From Myxococcota bacterium (GTDB lineage: Bacteria; Myxococcota_A; UBA9160; UBA4427): 30,384 bases of DNA. Made by a program: the position numbers and the translations under genes. The stretch is taken from contig JAYZFK010000064.1 in assembly GCA_036336835.1 (NCBI GenBank), positions 1-30,384 on the forward strand, written 5' to 3'. Positions within the stretch are counted from its first letter, which is position 1. Every line of letters starts with the position of its first letter. Of the stretch, positions 1 through 9,659 are shown one piece after another. The notes under the pieces were generated by a model. The model did no database searches, had not been told where the DNA came from, and worked only from the letters and a program-made list of their open reading frames with translations.

Positions 1-627
1 GGCCAGATAGAAACCGTTCGTGTGATAGAGCGGCGCGGGCACGAGCTCGGTGAGCACCGGCGCATCGGGCCCGCGATCCAGCGGGCCGCCGGTCTCTCCG
101 GGAACCCCTTCGCCCGGGCCGGGCCTGAGGATGATCTTGGGAAATCCGGTGGAGCCACTGCTCGCGATGGCACGCGCCGGGTCGGCCACTCGATCTTCGA
201 GCGGCTCGGCGGGCGCATCGACACTGGCTTCGACCTGTTTCCGGGAAACCCGGGCGCCCGGAGCGTCGTCCCAGTCGCAGACGACCAGTCGCGGCTCTGC
301 CACCTCGATCAGCCGGTTGCGCTCCCAGGCCGGTAGATCCCAACGCAGCGGGAGAACCCCTGCGCCCAGCTTCCAGGCCGCCAGGGCAGTGAACAGGTGC
401 TCCGCTGAGTTGGGGAGACCGATGATCACCAGCGCGCCCTGGCCCACGCCTTCGCCGCGCAGCAGGCCCGCGATCTGGAGAGCGCGCCGCTCCACGGCCG
501 ACCAGCTGAAGCTGCGTTCCTCCCCGCGCCGGGGCACGAAGACCAGCGCGATGTCATCGGGGCGCTCGGCCGCCAGGTCGCTGATGCGCCTCCCGAACGA
601 CACCGGCTTCGGCTCGACTTCAGTCAC
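1..627 (-). CDS. AMP-binding acyl-CoA synthetase/ligase, 5' part only (runs off the window start)
   Basis: Not in the ORF track; translated by hand on the minus strand from GTG 627 (or TTG 630, AGAGG upstream): VTEVEPKPVSFGRRISDLAAERPDDIALVF...GLPNSAEHLFTALAAWKLGA...IASSGSTGFPKII...PAPLYHTNGF. SSGSTGxPK P-loop and PLYH motif of ANL adenylating enzymes. Confidence 0.9.
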   Translation of the reverse strand, partial: MTEVEPKPVSFGRRISDLAAERPDDIALVFVPRRGEERSFSWSAVERRALQIAGLLRGEGVGQGALVIIGLPNSAEHLFTALAAWKLGAGVLPLRWDLPAWERNRLIEVAEPRLVVCDWDDAPGARVSRKQVEASVDAPAEPLEDRVADPARAIASSGSTGFPKIILRPGPGEGVPGETGGPLDRGPDAPVLTELVPAPLYHTNGFYLA

Positions 628-699
628 CAACGGAACCTCTCGTGCGCGCGTCGCAAACGATGCCGCGAGCGCGCCGCGGCCGGCTCGCAGCCGTCCCCA

Positions 700-2139
700 T
701 CATGCGTGAATTGCGGGCAGCCTCCCCGACCACGGGCTCGCGTTCTCGAGCTGGGACCCGACTCGTATCAGCACGTCCTCGCGACCGGTGCCTGCAACGA
801 GCTGGATTCCGACGGGCAGGCCCTGTTCGCTCAGGTGGAGCGGCAGCGAGATCGCCGGCTGCCCCGTTGCGTTGAAGGGGGTGGTGAACGCCGTGCACGC
901 CAGCATGCCGGCCATCACGGTCTGCGGGTCGCCGAGGGGAGCGAGCTCGCCGATCCGGGGCGGCTGTGTCGCGGCCGTCGGCGTGAGCAGGAGATCGAAG
1001 CCCCGCTGCCACCAGGCGGCGACGCCGCGCGCGTACGACTGCACGGCCTCGACCGCTGCGATGTAGGCGCTTGCGGTGAGCGCCCTGCCCTGCTCGGCCA
1101 TGCTCCAGTTCAGCGGCTCGAGATCCTCCTCGACGATGGGCCGACCCAGCCGTTCGCCCCAGCGTTCGAGATCGCGCGCGAGCGTGGCGCCGGCGATCAC
1201 ACCAAAGCCGGCCCCCAGCCCTTCCGCATCCAGCGCGTCGAGTGCGACGGGCGCGACACCGTGGGCGAGCTCGCTCAACAGCTTCGCGGTGTTCTCGACC
1301 GCGCTGACACAGGCGGAGTCGATCGATCGGCCTCGCCCGGGATCCGTGCGAACGCCGATGCGCAGACGCCCCGGCTCGACACCCACCTCCTCGGCCCACG
1401 CGCGAACGGGCGGCGGGGCCAGATAGGGATCGCCCGGCGCAGGACCCGCGGTCGCATCGAGCACCGCCGCGGTATCGCGCACGCTGCGTGTGAGCACGTG
1501 CTCGTGAGTGAAGGGTCCCCAGTACTCGCCGAAGTCGGGCGCGAGCGAGTTGCGAGCCCGCGTCGGCTTGAGCCCGACGAGCCCGCAGTGCGACGCCGGG
1601 ATGCGGATCGACCCGCCCATGTCGTTGCCGTGCCCGAGAGGCGCGAGCCCCGCCGCCACGGCAGCGCCCGTCCCCCCGCTCGACCCTCCGGTGGAGTGGT
1701 CGAGATTCCAGGGGTTGCGACTCGGGCCGTAGGCCAGCGGCTCGGTGGTGGCCGACATCGCGAACTCGGGGGTGTTCGTCTTGCCGACGAACACGAAGCC
1801 GGCCGCCCGGTAGCGACGCGCCAGCTCGGTGTCGTGCTGTTCGACCCAGCCCGCTTCCTTCAGGAACCGGGCTCCGGCGTGGTAGGGATCTCCGGCCGTG
1901 TGACAGACGACATCCTTCACGAGAAAGGGGACACCCTTGAAGGGTCCGTCGGGCAGGTCCGGCGAGCGCGCGGCGTCGCGCGCCTTTTCGAAGAGGGAGT
2001 GGATCACCGCGTTCAGCTGCGGGTTCAGGGCCTCGATGCGCGCGATCGAGGCCTCCACCAGCTCCGCGGGTGTGACCTCCCTCCGTCGCACGAGGTCCGC
2101 CTGTGCAGTTGCATCGAGTCGTGCGAGCTCGTCATCCAT
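700..2139 (-). CDS. Amidase signature family amidase
   Basis: GVPFLVKD (catalytic Lys), [30 protein letters not shown] (Ser-cisSer-Lys triad); GGAGG upstream of ATG. Confidence 0.95.
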   Translation of the reverse strand: MDDELARLDATAQADLVRRREVTPAELVEASIARIEALNPQLNAVIHSLFEKARDAARSPDLPDGPFKGVPFLVKDVVCHTAGDPYHAGARFLKEAGWVEQHDTELARRYRAAGFVFVGKTNTPEFAMSATTEPLAYGPSRNPWNLDHSTGGSSGGTGAAVAAGLAPLGHGNDMGGSIRIPASHCGLVGLKPTRARNSLAPDFGEYWGPFTHEHVLTRSVRDTAAVLDATAGPAPGDPYLAPPPVRAWAEEVGVEPGRLRIGVRTDPGRGRSIDSACVSAVENTAKLLSELAHGVAPVALDALDAEGLGAGFGVIAGATLARDLERWGERLGRPIVEEDLEPLNWSMAEQGRALTASAYIAAVEAVQSYARGVAAWWQRGFDLLLTPTAATQPPRIGELAPLGDPQTVMAGMLACTAFTTPFNATGQPAISLPLHLSEQGLPVGIQLVAGTGREDVLIRVGSQLENASPWSGRLPAIHA

Positions 2140-2223
2140 GGGGGGGCCTCCGCCTGGTCTTGCTCACATGCTAAGGCCGGCAGCGGCGTCGCGTCGAGCA
2201 AGAACCGCGCACCGACGCGCCGA

Positions 2224-3465
2224 CTACCGCTGCGGCGGTCGCAGCTCGACCGGCATCCGCTCGAGAGAGTTCGTGAAGTTCGAGAGCAGATAGCGGACCT
2301 CGCCCCGAGGCTCGACCGCGACCCCGCCTGCCAGCAGAGTCTGATAGACGACCCGCAGCTCGAGCCGCGCGAGGCTCGCCCCCAGGCAGAAATGCCGTCC
2401 GATGCCGAAGCTCAGATGCTCGTTCGGCTGGCGCGCGATGTCGAAGCGATCCGGGTCCTGGAAGACCGCTTCGTCCCGATTCGCGGACGAGTACCAGACC
2501 ACCAGCTTGTCGCCCTCACGAAACGGATGGCCCGCAATCTCGCCGGCTCGCGTCGCGCTGCGCCGGAAGTGATGGATCGGCGTGGTCCAGCGAAGCACCT
2601 CCTCGATGGCACACGCCAGCCCGTTCGGCTCCTTGCGAAGGGCTTCCCACTGGTCGCGATGCTCGACGAAGGCCAGCATCCCACCGGAGATCGCGCTCTT
2701 GGTCGTCTCGATCCCCGCTGTGATGAGCAGCAGGAAGAACGCGGCAAAGGCCGCGTCGTCGATCGACTCGCCGTCGAGGCTCGCCTGCAGGATCGCCGAA
2801 GCGATGTCCTGGCGCGGCGCCCGCCTGCGTTCGCGGGCCAAGTCGACGGCGTAGGCCGACATCTCCTGGATCGCATCGCGGTTCTCACCCTCGCCCCGAC
2901 CGCCTCCGTCGACCTCGGGATCGTCGAAGCCCTGCACTCGGTGGGCGAGGACGCCGAGTGCAGGCCGGTCGGCCTCGGGAACACCCATCACCTCGCTGAT
3001 GATCTGGAGCGGCAGGAGGGCGGCGACGTCGCTCACGAAGTCGCAGTCGCCCATCTCGAGCCCCCGGTCGAGCACGCCGGCAAAGCGGCGGCGCGCAAAG
3101 GACTCGAGCTCGAGGATCCGACGGGGCGTCATACCGCGGCCGACCAGAGCGCGTAGCTGCGTGTGATGCGGCGGGTCCAGCTCGATCATCATGCGCTCGC
3201 GACCGCTGGTCTCGAACGATTCGTCGAAGATCATGATGCCATGTCGCTCGGAGGAGAAGGTCGTGGTGTCCTGGCTCACGGCGAGCACGTCGGCGTGTCG
3301 CGTCAACGCCCAGAAGCCCGAGCCGTCGGCCTGCTCGTTCCAATAGATCGGACTCTCTCGCCGGAGCCGGCGAAAGACCTCGTGGGGCGTTCCGCGGGCG
3401 AAGAGCCCGAGGTCGCTCAGGTCGATCGGATCCGAGGAAGCCGGCACGCGTTGGCGAGACCTCAC
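2224..3465 (-). CDS. Cytochrome P450 (resembles CYP124/125/142-type lipid/steroid oxidases)
   Basis: I-helix AGIETT, K-helix EEVLR, heme motif FGIGRHFCLG, N-terminal GFWALTRHADV. Start set at GTG 3465 (GTGA overlap with upstream stop); GTG 3447 is an alternative. Subfamily is an impression only. Confidence 0.93.
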   Translation of the reverse strand: MRSRQRVPASSDPIDLSDLGLFARGTPHEVFRRLRRESPIYWNEQADGSGFWALTRHADVLAVSQDTTTFSSERHGIMIFDESFETSGRERMMIELDPPHHTQLRALVGRGMTPRRILELESFARRRFAGVLDRGLEMGDCDFVSDVAALLPLQIISEVMGVPEADRPALGVLAHRVQGFDDPEVDGGGRGEGENRDAIQEMSAYAVDLARERRRAPRQDIASAILQASLDGESIDDAAFAAFFLLLITAGIETTKSAISGGMLAFVEHRDQWEALRKEPNGLACAIEEVLRWTTPIHHFRRSATRAGEIAGHPFREGDKLVVWYSSANRDEAVFQDPDRFDIARQPNEHLSFGIGRHFCLGASLARLELRVVYQTLLAGGVAVEPRGEVRYLLSNFTNSLERMPVELRPPQR

Positions 3466-3980
3466 TCCTGGGGATAGCGCCAGGGTGTCTCCTGGGTGGC
3501 CGACTCGTCGATCGTCCACTGGGGCAGCGCGAACCCCTCCCCGACGTCCGCGAATACCATGCGCACGCGAGTCCCGATGCCCACGCGTCGCACCGTCTCG
3601 GGCGGTGCGAGCTCGCCCTCCGACGTGACCAGATTCGCGAGCACTCGCAGCGCCTCGTGCTCGCTCGGCTGGCCGCGCTGCGTGTCGAGCTCTACCAGGA
3701 GAAGTAGATAGGGCACCTGATCCCGGAAGGCCGGAAGGATCGGGTGGTGGACCTCGGAGTACGACATCACCGTGCCGCGACCTTCCACCGGCGCCCACTC
3801 GTACTCGCTGGATCCATCCCAGGGGCACGCCGTGCCCGGCGGGTACGAGAGCAGTCCGTTCGACTTCCAGCGCTGGAGCCGCAGCTCGTGCTTGCCGCAC
3901 CAACCGAAGAAGGCGTGGTTCTCGGCGTCGGCCTCGTCCACCGCGAGACTCATTCCCAGCCAGCTTCCAGTCAGCGGCAT
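3462..3980 (-). CDS. DUF35/ChsH2-like OB-fold acyl-CoA-binding protein (degenerate Zn ribbon)
   Basis: C-terminal 172 aa of the 647-aa ORF; ATG 3980 with GAGGAG RBS; ELRLQR...PP...CP...GRGTVMSYSEVHH...PYLLLLVELD...IGTRVRMVF pattern; directly downstream of a thiolase-fold gene. Confidence 0.85.
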   Translation of the reverse strand: MPLTGSWLGMSLAVDEADAENHAFFGWCGKHELRLQRWKSNGLLSYPPGTACPWDGSSEYEWAPVEGRGTVMSYSEVHHPILPAFRDQVPYLLLLVELDTQRGQPSEHEALRVLANLVTSEGELAPPETVRRVGIGTRVRMVFADVGEGFALPQWTIDESATQETPWRYPQE

Positions 3981-3991
3981 CCTGCTCCTCC

Positions 3992-5239
3992 TCAGTCCCG
4001 ACGCATCACCAGGGCGGACCCGGTGTTCGGCATGGCCCAGCCCAGGTTTGCGGTGATCTCGGCGTCGCGGATCTGACGGCAGCCCCCCTCGCTGTAGTCG
4101 TAGGTGTGCTGGCGCTTGCCATCGGCGTCCACCGGACAGTAGTCGTCGGCTTCGCCGCGCAGCTGTCGCACGTTCTCGATCACCATGTTCATGCCGTGGG
4201 TATAGCCCTCGTTCAGGTGCCCCCCGGCGGTGTTGTTGGGCCGGCGTCCGCCGAGCGCGATGGTGCCATCGCTCACGTACTCGCCACCCTCGCCCTTCTC
4301 GCAGAATCCGTAATCCTCGAGCTGCAGCAGCGTGGTGAAGGAGAAGGCGTCGTAGGAGCCGGTGATGTCCACATCCTCGGGCTCGACCCCGGCGTTGGGC
4401 CACAGCAGGTCCTTTGCGTAGTAGCCCGCGACGCGCGTGATGGGCCCGTGTTGATGATGGTCGTCGGCGCGCGGCTTGGTGCAGCGGCCCACCACCGACA
4501 AGATCTTTGCGGGCCGCTTCTGGCAGTCGCGGGCCCGCTCGGCGCTGGTCACGATGATGGCCGTGGCATTGTCGGTCTCGACGCAGCAATCGAGCAGGTG
4601 CAGCGGACGCGCGATCACACGGCTCTCCATGACGTCGCTCACCGTGACGCGCTGATCGTAGTAGGCCTTCGGATTGTTCGAGGCCCCCCAGGAGTGGAAG
4701 ACCTTCACGTGGGCCACCTGCTCCGGCGTGGTGCCGTACTCGTACATGTGGCGCATGAATGACTGGGAGAACATCTGCGCGGGGCTCGTCTGCCCGTAGA
4801 CGGTGTTGAAGAGCGCGCCGCCCGAGAGCTGCGCCGCGCCGCGCCCGCTGCCGCCCATGCGCACGGCGGTCGCGCCGTTCATGGAACGGAACAGCACCAT
4901 CGTTCGGCACATGCCGGCCTCGATCGCACCGATGGCCAGGCCGATCAGGCACTCGATGCTCGAGCCGCCGCCGATGATGTCGGCGTAGAAGTTCAGCCGG
5001 ATGCCGAGATCTGCCGACACCGTGGGCGACATGGTCGAGTCCATCGCCGAGTAGGACATCATGCCGTCCACGTCGTTCGGCCCCAGGCCGGCGTCCTGCA
5101 TGGCGTTGCGGATGGCCTCGACCGCCATGTGCCGCGTGGTGCGGCCGGAGTTGCGGCTGTACTCGGTCTCGCCGACCCCCACCAGGGCATACTTGTCGCG
5201 CAGGAACTTCGAGCTGCTGGTGTCGTTGTCGCGTTGCAT
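3992..5239 (-). CDS. SCP2/Ltp2-type thiolase-fold protein (probable retro-aldolase)
   Basis: ATG 5239; YALVGVGETEYSRNSG, PLHLLDCCVETD, YDAFS, NTAGGHLNEGYTHG. Has the two Tyr motifs seen in Ltp2 aldolases and no nucleophilic Cys at the usual GGGSS position; paired with DUF35. Confidence 0.85.
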   Translation of the reverse strand: MQRDNDTSSSKFLRDKYALVGVGETEYSRNSGRTTRHMAVEAIRNAMQDAGLGPNDVDGMMSYSAMDSTMSPTVSADLGIRLNFYADIIGGGSSIECLIGLAIGAIEAGMCRTMVLFRSMNGATAVRMGGSGRGAAQLSGGALFNTVYGQTSPAQMFSQSFMRHMYEYGTTPEQVAHVKVFHSWGASNNPKAYYDQRVTVSDVMESRVIARPLHLLDCCVETDNATAIIVTSAERARDCQKRPAKILSVVGRCTKPRADDHHQHGPITRVAGYYAKDLLWPNAGVEPEDVDITGSYDAFSFTTLLQLEDYGFCEKGEGGEYVSDGTIALGGRRPNNTAGGHLNEGYTHGMNMVIENVRQLRGEADDYCPVDADGKRQHTYDYSEGGCRQIRDAEITANLGWAMPNTGSALVMRRD

Positions 5240-5265
5240 GCGAATTCCCTCGCCGTCGTAGGTAG

Positions 5266-6144
5266 CTAGCCGTCGAGACCGGCACCTTCGACGGCGCGGT
5301 GGAAGCGTTCGACGGCGTCCAGGTGCGCCTTCGCATCCGGCAGCTCGCAGCCCATGGTGACGAGAGAAACGTGTGTGCCGCCCGCCTCCTGCCAGCTGCG
5401 CACATCGTCGACCCAGCTCTCCGGATCGTCCAGGCCGCCGCCCATTATGATGAGCTCCGCACCGAACCCGTCGACGTCGCGGCCCGCGTCCCTCACCAAC
5501 GCGCGCGTCTTCTCGAGCTCCTTGGCGGCGCTGGACGCCCTGCCTCCGAAGATGAAGCCGTCGCCCAGGCGTGCGGCTCGCGCGTAGCTCACGGGCACGA
5601 AGCCCCCGAACCAGATCGGAATCCGCCGCTCCGGCAGCGGCAGGATGCCCGCCCGATCGATGCGATGATGCTCGCCCCGGTAGTCGACCACGCGCTCGCT
5701 CCACAGGCGCCGCAGCACCTCGACCTGCTCTTCCTGTCGCTTGCCGCGGTTGCGGAAATCCTCGTTGAGCGCCTGGTACTCGACGTAGTTCCAGCCGACA
5801 CCGATGCCCAGGCGCAGCCGACCGCCGGACAGCACGTCGACCTCGGCCGCCTGCTTCGCCACCAGCGCGGTCTGCCGCTGCGGCAGGATCAGCACGCCCG
5901 TGACGAGCTCGATGCGCGAGGTCGCTGCCGCGAGGAAACCGAACAGCACGAAGGGCTCGTGGAACAGCGAGTCCTCGGTATACGGGCCAGTCAGTGCGGG
6001 CTCGCGGTCGTGGGTGGCGCCGAGCACGTGGTCGTAGGCGAGCAGGTGGTCGAAACCCAGCTCCTCGACCGTCTGCGCGAAGTCGCGTACCACGACCGGG
6101 TCGCGACCGATCTCGGTCTGCGGAAAGACGACCCCCAGCTTCAT
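5266..6144 (-). CDS. LLM-class, probably F420-dependent oxidoreductase
   Basis: ATG 6144 (ATGA overlap with SDR stop); MKLGVVFP, GFDHLLAYDHV, HEPFVLFGFLAAATSRIEL, AKQAAEVDVLSGGRLRLGIGVGW, IPIWFGG. Confidence 0.9.
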   Translation of the reverse strand: MKLGVVFPQTEIGRDPVVVRDFAQTVEELGFDHLLAYDHVLGATHDREPALTGPYTEDSLFHEPFVLFGFLAAATSRIELVTGVLILPQRQTALVAKQAAEVDVLSGGRLRLGIGVGWNYVEYQALNEDFRNRGKRQEEQVEVLRRLWSERVVDYRGEHHRIDRAGILPLPERRIPIWFGGFVPVSYARAARLGDGFIFGGRASSAAKELEKTRALVRDAGRDVDGFGAELIIMGGGLDDPESWVDDVRSWQEAGGTHVSLVTMGCELPDAKAHLDAVERFHRAVEGAGLDG

Positions 6145-7010
6145 TGCGATTCCTCCCCCGCCGAATGCTCGAGCACCTCGAAGCCGCGTTGGATCTCGCG
6201 AAACCGCTCGGTCGCATCCGCCAGGATGTAGCTGTGCGTCGGAATCACGAACAGCCCGCGACGCAGTCCCGCGATCGCGAGCGCTGCCGCATCGGATGCC
6301 TGGAGGTACATGCCCGCGATGCGCCGCGCCACCGGCTCGCTGATCGCACCATCTGCCAGCGGATCCGTCGCTGCGGGAGCCGAGCCGTAACGCTCGGGTC
6401 GAAACGCGACTGAGTTGTCGCCGAGGCCGCTCACGACCGGACCGGGACACAGCACGCTCACACCGATGTCGTCGGCCTCGAGCTCGCGTCGCAGCACGTC
6501 GGCCATCGCGAGCACGCAGTGCTTGGTCATGTTGTAGACCTGAATTGGAAGCTCGCGCAGGTAGCCGGGGTTCGACAGACTGTGCTCGGAGCCGGTCATC
6601 AGCACGTGGCCCGGGCGACCGGCCTGGCGAAGCTTGCGCACGAAGGGTCGGCAGGCGTTCAGGATGCCCCAGACGTTCACGTCGAACTGGAACGCGATGT
6701 CCTCGCTCGACGCATCGAGCAGCGAGCCGGGCTGAAAGACTCCGGCGTTGCCGCAGAGCAGGTCGATCGGCCCGACCTCCTGCCATGCCTTCTCGACCAT
6801 CGCCTCGACCGCCGCCGCGTCTGTCACATCGCACGCGGCGCTGCTCGCGCCGAGGCGCTCCGCCTGCTGCGCGACCTTGTCTGCTGCAATGTCGGCCAGG
6901 AAGACCCTCGCTCCGCCGGCCGCGAACGTCTCGGCGAGCGCCAGTCCGATGCCGTCGGCAGCGCCGGTAATCAGGACCGCCTTGTCCTCCAGCGGGTCGA
7001 AATCGATCAC
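6141..7010 (-). CDS. Short-chain dehydrogenase/reductase
   Basis: TGAADGIG, NAG, YNMTK catalytic motif, LCPGPV. Confidence 0.92.
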   Translation of the reverse strand: MIDFDPLEDKAVLITGAADGIGLALAETFAAGGARVFLADIAADKVAQQAERLGASSAACDVTDAAAVEAMVEKAWQEVGPIDLLCGNAGVFQPGSLLDASSEDIAFQFDVNVWGILNACRPFVRKLRQAGRPGHVLMTGSEHSLSNPGYLRELPIQVYNMTKHCVLAMADVLRRELEADDIGVSVLCPGPVVSGLGDNSVAFRPERYGSAPAATDPLADGAISEPVARRIAGMYLQASDAAALAIAGLRRGLFVIPTHSYILADATERFREIQRGFEVLEHSAGEESQ

Positions 7011-7106
7011 AGAGGGGTCTCCATCCGTTAGGGTCGGCCCACCCTACCCGCTCGCGCGGTCGTCGGGCTAGCACGATCGTCCACCCACAGCGTGGAGGAA
7101 CCCGGA

Positions 7107-8384
7107 TTGAGCGACGCCGCCGCCACCTCGCGCGGCCACACCCAATACGTGCTCGGCATCATGTTCACGCTGACCGCGCTCAACGTGATGGACCGCCAGG
7201 TACTCTCGGTCCTGGTCGAGCCGGTCAAGCAGGAGTTCGGACTCTCGGATTCGCAGATGGGACTGCTGACCGGCAGCGCCTTCGCGCTGTCGCACGCGCT
7301 GGCGATGATCCCGGTCGCGCGGCTCGCCGACCTCGGCAGCCGACGCCTGGTCATCGCAACCGGCCTGTTCGCCTGGAGCGCGCTCACCGCACTGACGGGC
7401 GCAGCACAAGCCTACTGGCACTTGTTCGTCACGCGCGTCGGTGTGGGCGCGTGCGAGACGGTGGGAAGCGGCCCCGCCCAGTCGCTGCTCTCGGACGTCT
7501 TCCCGCCCGAACGCCGCGGCGCCGCGCTGTCGATCCACGCGTCCGGCGGGACCTTCGGCGCGATGGCGGGCTTTGCGATCGGCGGCCTGCTGGCAGATGC
7601 CGTCGGCTGGCGCTGGACGTTCGTCTGCTTCGGCGCGCCGGGTCTGCTGCTGGCGGTGGTGCTCTGGCGCACGGTGGCCGAGCCGCGGCGCGGCACCTTC
7701 GATGGCGCCGCTTCCGACGAGCCGCCGCCGAGCCTCGGCGCAACGGTGCGCTTCCTCGGTCGGATCCGCTCGTTCCGGCACGTCGTGTTGGCCGCGTCGC
7801 TCAACGCGTTCGTCAACTGGGCACTGCTCTCGTGGGCGGCCGCTGCGATGATGCGAGGCCACGGTCTGTCGGCGACCGAGGTCGGCGTGCGGCTGGCGGC
7901 CTCCATGACGCTGAGCTCGGCGCTCGGACTGATCGCCGCCGGTTATCTCACGGACCGGCTCGGCCGACGCGACACCCGCTGGTACTTGTGGCTCCCGGCC
8001 GCCGCATCGGTGGGAGCGATCCCGTTCAGCGTGGCCTTTCTGCTGTGGCCGGATCCCGGGCAGGCCTTCTGGTTGATCGTGCCGGGCGCCTTCCTCAACT
8101 CGATGTGGGTCGGCACGTACAACGCCGTGATCCAGAGCCTGGCGAAGCCGCGGATGCGCGCCATGGCCTCCGCAATGAACACCCTGATCAGCACTGGACT
8201 GATCGGCCAGGGGCTCGGACCGCTGCTGGTGGGCATCCTGAGCGACCGACTCGAACCGAGCTACGGCAAGGACGCACTGCGCGTCGCGCTGGCCATTGCC
8301 GTGTTCGCCCACCTCTGGGGCGCCATTCACAGTCTGCTCGGCTCACGCACGCTGCGCGCAGACCAGCTCGCCCGGCAAGCCTGA
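7107..8384 (+). CDS. MFS transporter (spinster-like)
   Basis: About 12 hydrophobic segments, NVMDRQ, ARLAD..SRR motif A, RVGVG, GYLTDRLGRR. Start moved to TTG 7107 because GGAGG (7094-7098) lies 8 nt upstream; GTG 7092 is the alternative. Confidence 0.92.
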   Translation: MSDAAATSRGHTQYVLGIMFTLTALNVMDRQVLSVLVEPVKQEFGLSDSQMGLLTGSAFALSHALAMIPVARLADLGSRRLVIATGLFAWSALTALTGAAQAYWHLFVTRVGVGACETVGSGPAQSLLSDVFPPERRGAALSIHASGGTFGAMAGFAIGGLLADAVGWRWTFVCFGAPGLLLAVVLWRTVAEPRRGTFDGAASDEPPPSLGATVRFLGRIRSFRHVVLAASLNAFVNWALLSWAAAAMMRGHGLSATEVGVRLAASMTLSSALGLIAAGYLTDRLGRRDTRWYLWLPAAASVGAIPFSVAFLLWPDPGQAFWLIVPGAFLNSMWVGTYNAVIQSLAKPRMRAMASAMNTLISTGLIGQGLGPLLVGILSDRLEPSYGKDALRVALAIAVFAHLWGAIHSLLGSRTLRADQLARQA

Positions 8385-8391
8385 ACTCGCC

Positions 8392-9171
8392 TCAGGTGCT
8401 CCGCGGGGCGCGTGCTGCCACGCCCGCCAGGAACTGCTCGATGTTCGAGGTCTTGAACTCGGCGACCGCCTTCATGTCGGGGACGTAGTGCTCGAAGCCG
8501 TCGCCAGTGATGGCGGCGATGATGCCCGTCGCGCAGTCCTCCGGGGGGAACTTCGGCTCGTCCTTGAACACCGCCGGGTCGCTGCCCGGCCGGTCCCAGA
8601 TATCCGTATCGAAGGGACCCGGGATCACCAGACGGATCCGCAGGGGCGTGTCGTGGAGATCCAGGAACATCGACTCGGTGAAGCCCGTCAGTGCGAACTT
8701 CGAGGCGCAGTAGGCGGACTCGTGCATGATGCCCAGCCGACCCCCGAGGCTCGTGACGTTGACGATCGTTCCCGAGCCCTGCTCGAGCATGCGCGGCAGC
8801 AGGGTCTGGATGATGCGGACCGGCGACAGCAGGTTGATCCGCAGGGTTTCCTCGAGGTCGCTCGCGCTGAGGCGGCGAACCTCGCGGACCTTCGGAATGG
8901 CGGCGTTGTTGACGATCACGTCGAGGCCGCCGAGCGCGTCCCATGCCTCGCTGGCGACCTTCTCGGCCAGAGCGAGGTCTCCGAGATCCGCCCGCCACAT
9001 CTTCGATCCGGGGGCGCGCTCACGGCACGCGTCGAGCACTTGCCGGAGCTTGTCCTCGCGGCGCGCCACGAGCGCGACCGTCGCCCCCTGATCGGCCAGC
9101 ATGCGCGCCAACGCGGCACCAATTCCAGACGAGGCACCGGTGACCAGAACCTTCGAGCCTGCGATCTCCAC
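8392..9171 (-). CDS. Short-chain dehydrogenase/reductase (probably NADP-preferring)
   Basis: TGASSGIG, VARR basic motif, NNAA, YCASK. Confidence 0.93.
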   Translation of the reverse strand: MEIAGSKVLVTGASSGIGAALARMLADQGATVALVARREDKLRQVLDACRERAPGSKMWRADLGDLALAEKVASEAWDALGGLDVIVNNAAIPKVREVRRLSASDLEETLRINLLSPVRIIQTLLPRMLEQGSGTIVNVTSLGGRLGIMHESAYCASKFALTGFTESMFLDLHDTPLRIRLVIPGPFDTDIWDRPGSDPAVFKDEPKFPPEDCATGIIAAITGDGFEHYVPDMKAVAEFKTSNIEQFLAGVAARAPRST

Positions 9172-9191
9172 CGTTCGTTCTCCGTTGGCGG

Positions 9192-9563
9192 TCAGTCGCC
9201 TTCTTCTCGCGCCGCGTCGCCGATCCCGAAGGCTCGCCGCGTGGCGTCTTCCCAGCGCATCATCGGCACGTCCTTGCGGATCTCGCGCGCCTTCTCGTAG
9301 ACGCCGGGCATCACCTCATCGGGCGTCAGCAGGAACGCGATGTCGGCGCGCCCGCTGGCCTCGGCGATCGAGACCACCTCGAACTCGTCCGCAAGCGCCT
9401 GCTCGCGGTAGGAGTCGTCGATATTGCCCACGATCACGTCGACGCCCGAGTCCCGCAAGTTGCGGGCCTGAGCACTGCCCTGGTTGCCATAGCCGAGAAT
9501 CGCCACCGTCTGGCCGCGGATGACCGCGGGGTCCGCGGCGTCGTCGTGATAGACCGTCGTCAT
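9192..9563 (-). pseudogene. ilvC: Ketol-acid reductoisomerase (IlvC)-like gene with a large internal in-frame deletion (123 aa)
   Basis: N-terminus matches IlvC (VYHDDAAD, AILGYGNQGSAQARNLRDSG, LLTPDE) but only about 35 aa follow. The FAHGF, RxxF/G and EQ-containing catalytic segments of a ~330-aa class I KARI are absent. Confidence 0.7.
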
Positions 9564-9564
9564 G

Positions 9565-9619
9565 GGCTTCGCTCCTGGTTCTCGTGGTCAGCATCGGCGC
9601 CGGAGCGAAGCCTTGTCAA
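9565..9619 (-). promoter_or_regulatory. Sigma70-like promoter and 11-bp inverted repeat upstream of the ilvC-like gene
   Basis: Minus strand TTGACA at 9619-9614, 18-bp spacer, weak -10 GATGCT at 9595-9590. Perfect inverted repeat GGCTTCGCTCC (9565-9575) / GGAGCGAAGCC (9602-9612); one arm contains the GGAG RBS. Confidence 0.5.
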
Positions 9620-9659
9620 GCAGAGGCAGTTCGGCGCGGCGCGGCCCGACGAACGAGTA

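Noticed and set aside
706..3156. 816-aa plus-strand ORF and similar long ORFs (12865-15075 +, 17755-20553 -, 23027-24802 +, 25432-27681 +, 17403-20156 +)
   Set aside because: Antisense or off-frame shadows of motif-bearing genes; Arg/Ala/Gly-rich with no family motifs, as expected at high GC.
3992..7074. Apparent long N-terminal extensions or fusions (741, 647, 602, 559, 613, 738, 630 and 589-aa ORFs across the window)
   Set aside because: Extensions overlap neighbouring real genes in another frame; internal starts with RBS or stop/start overlap explain the real proteins.
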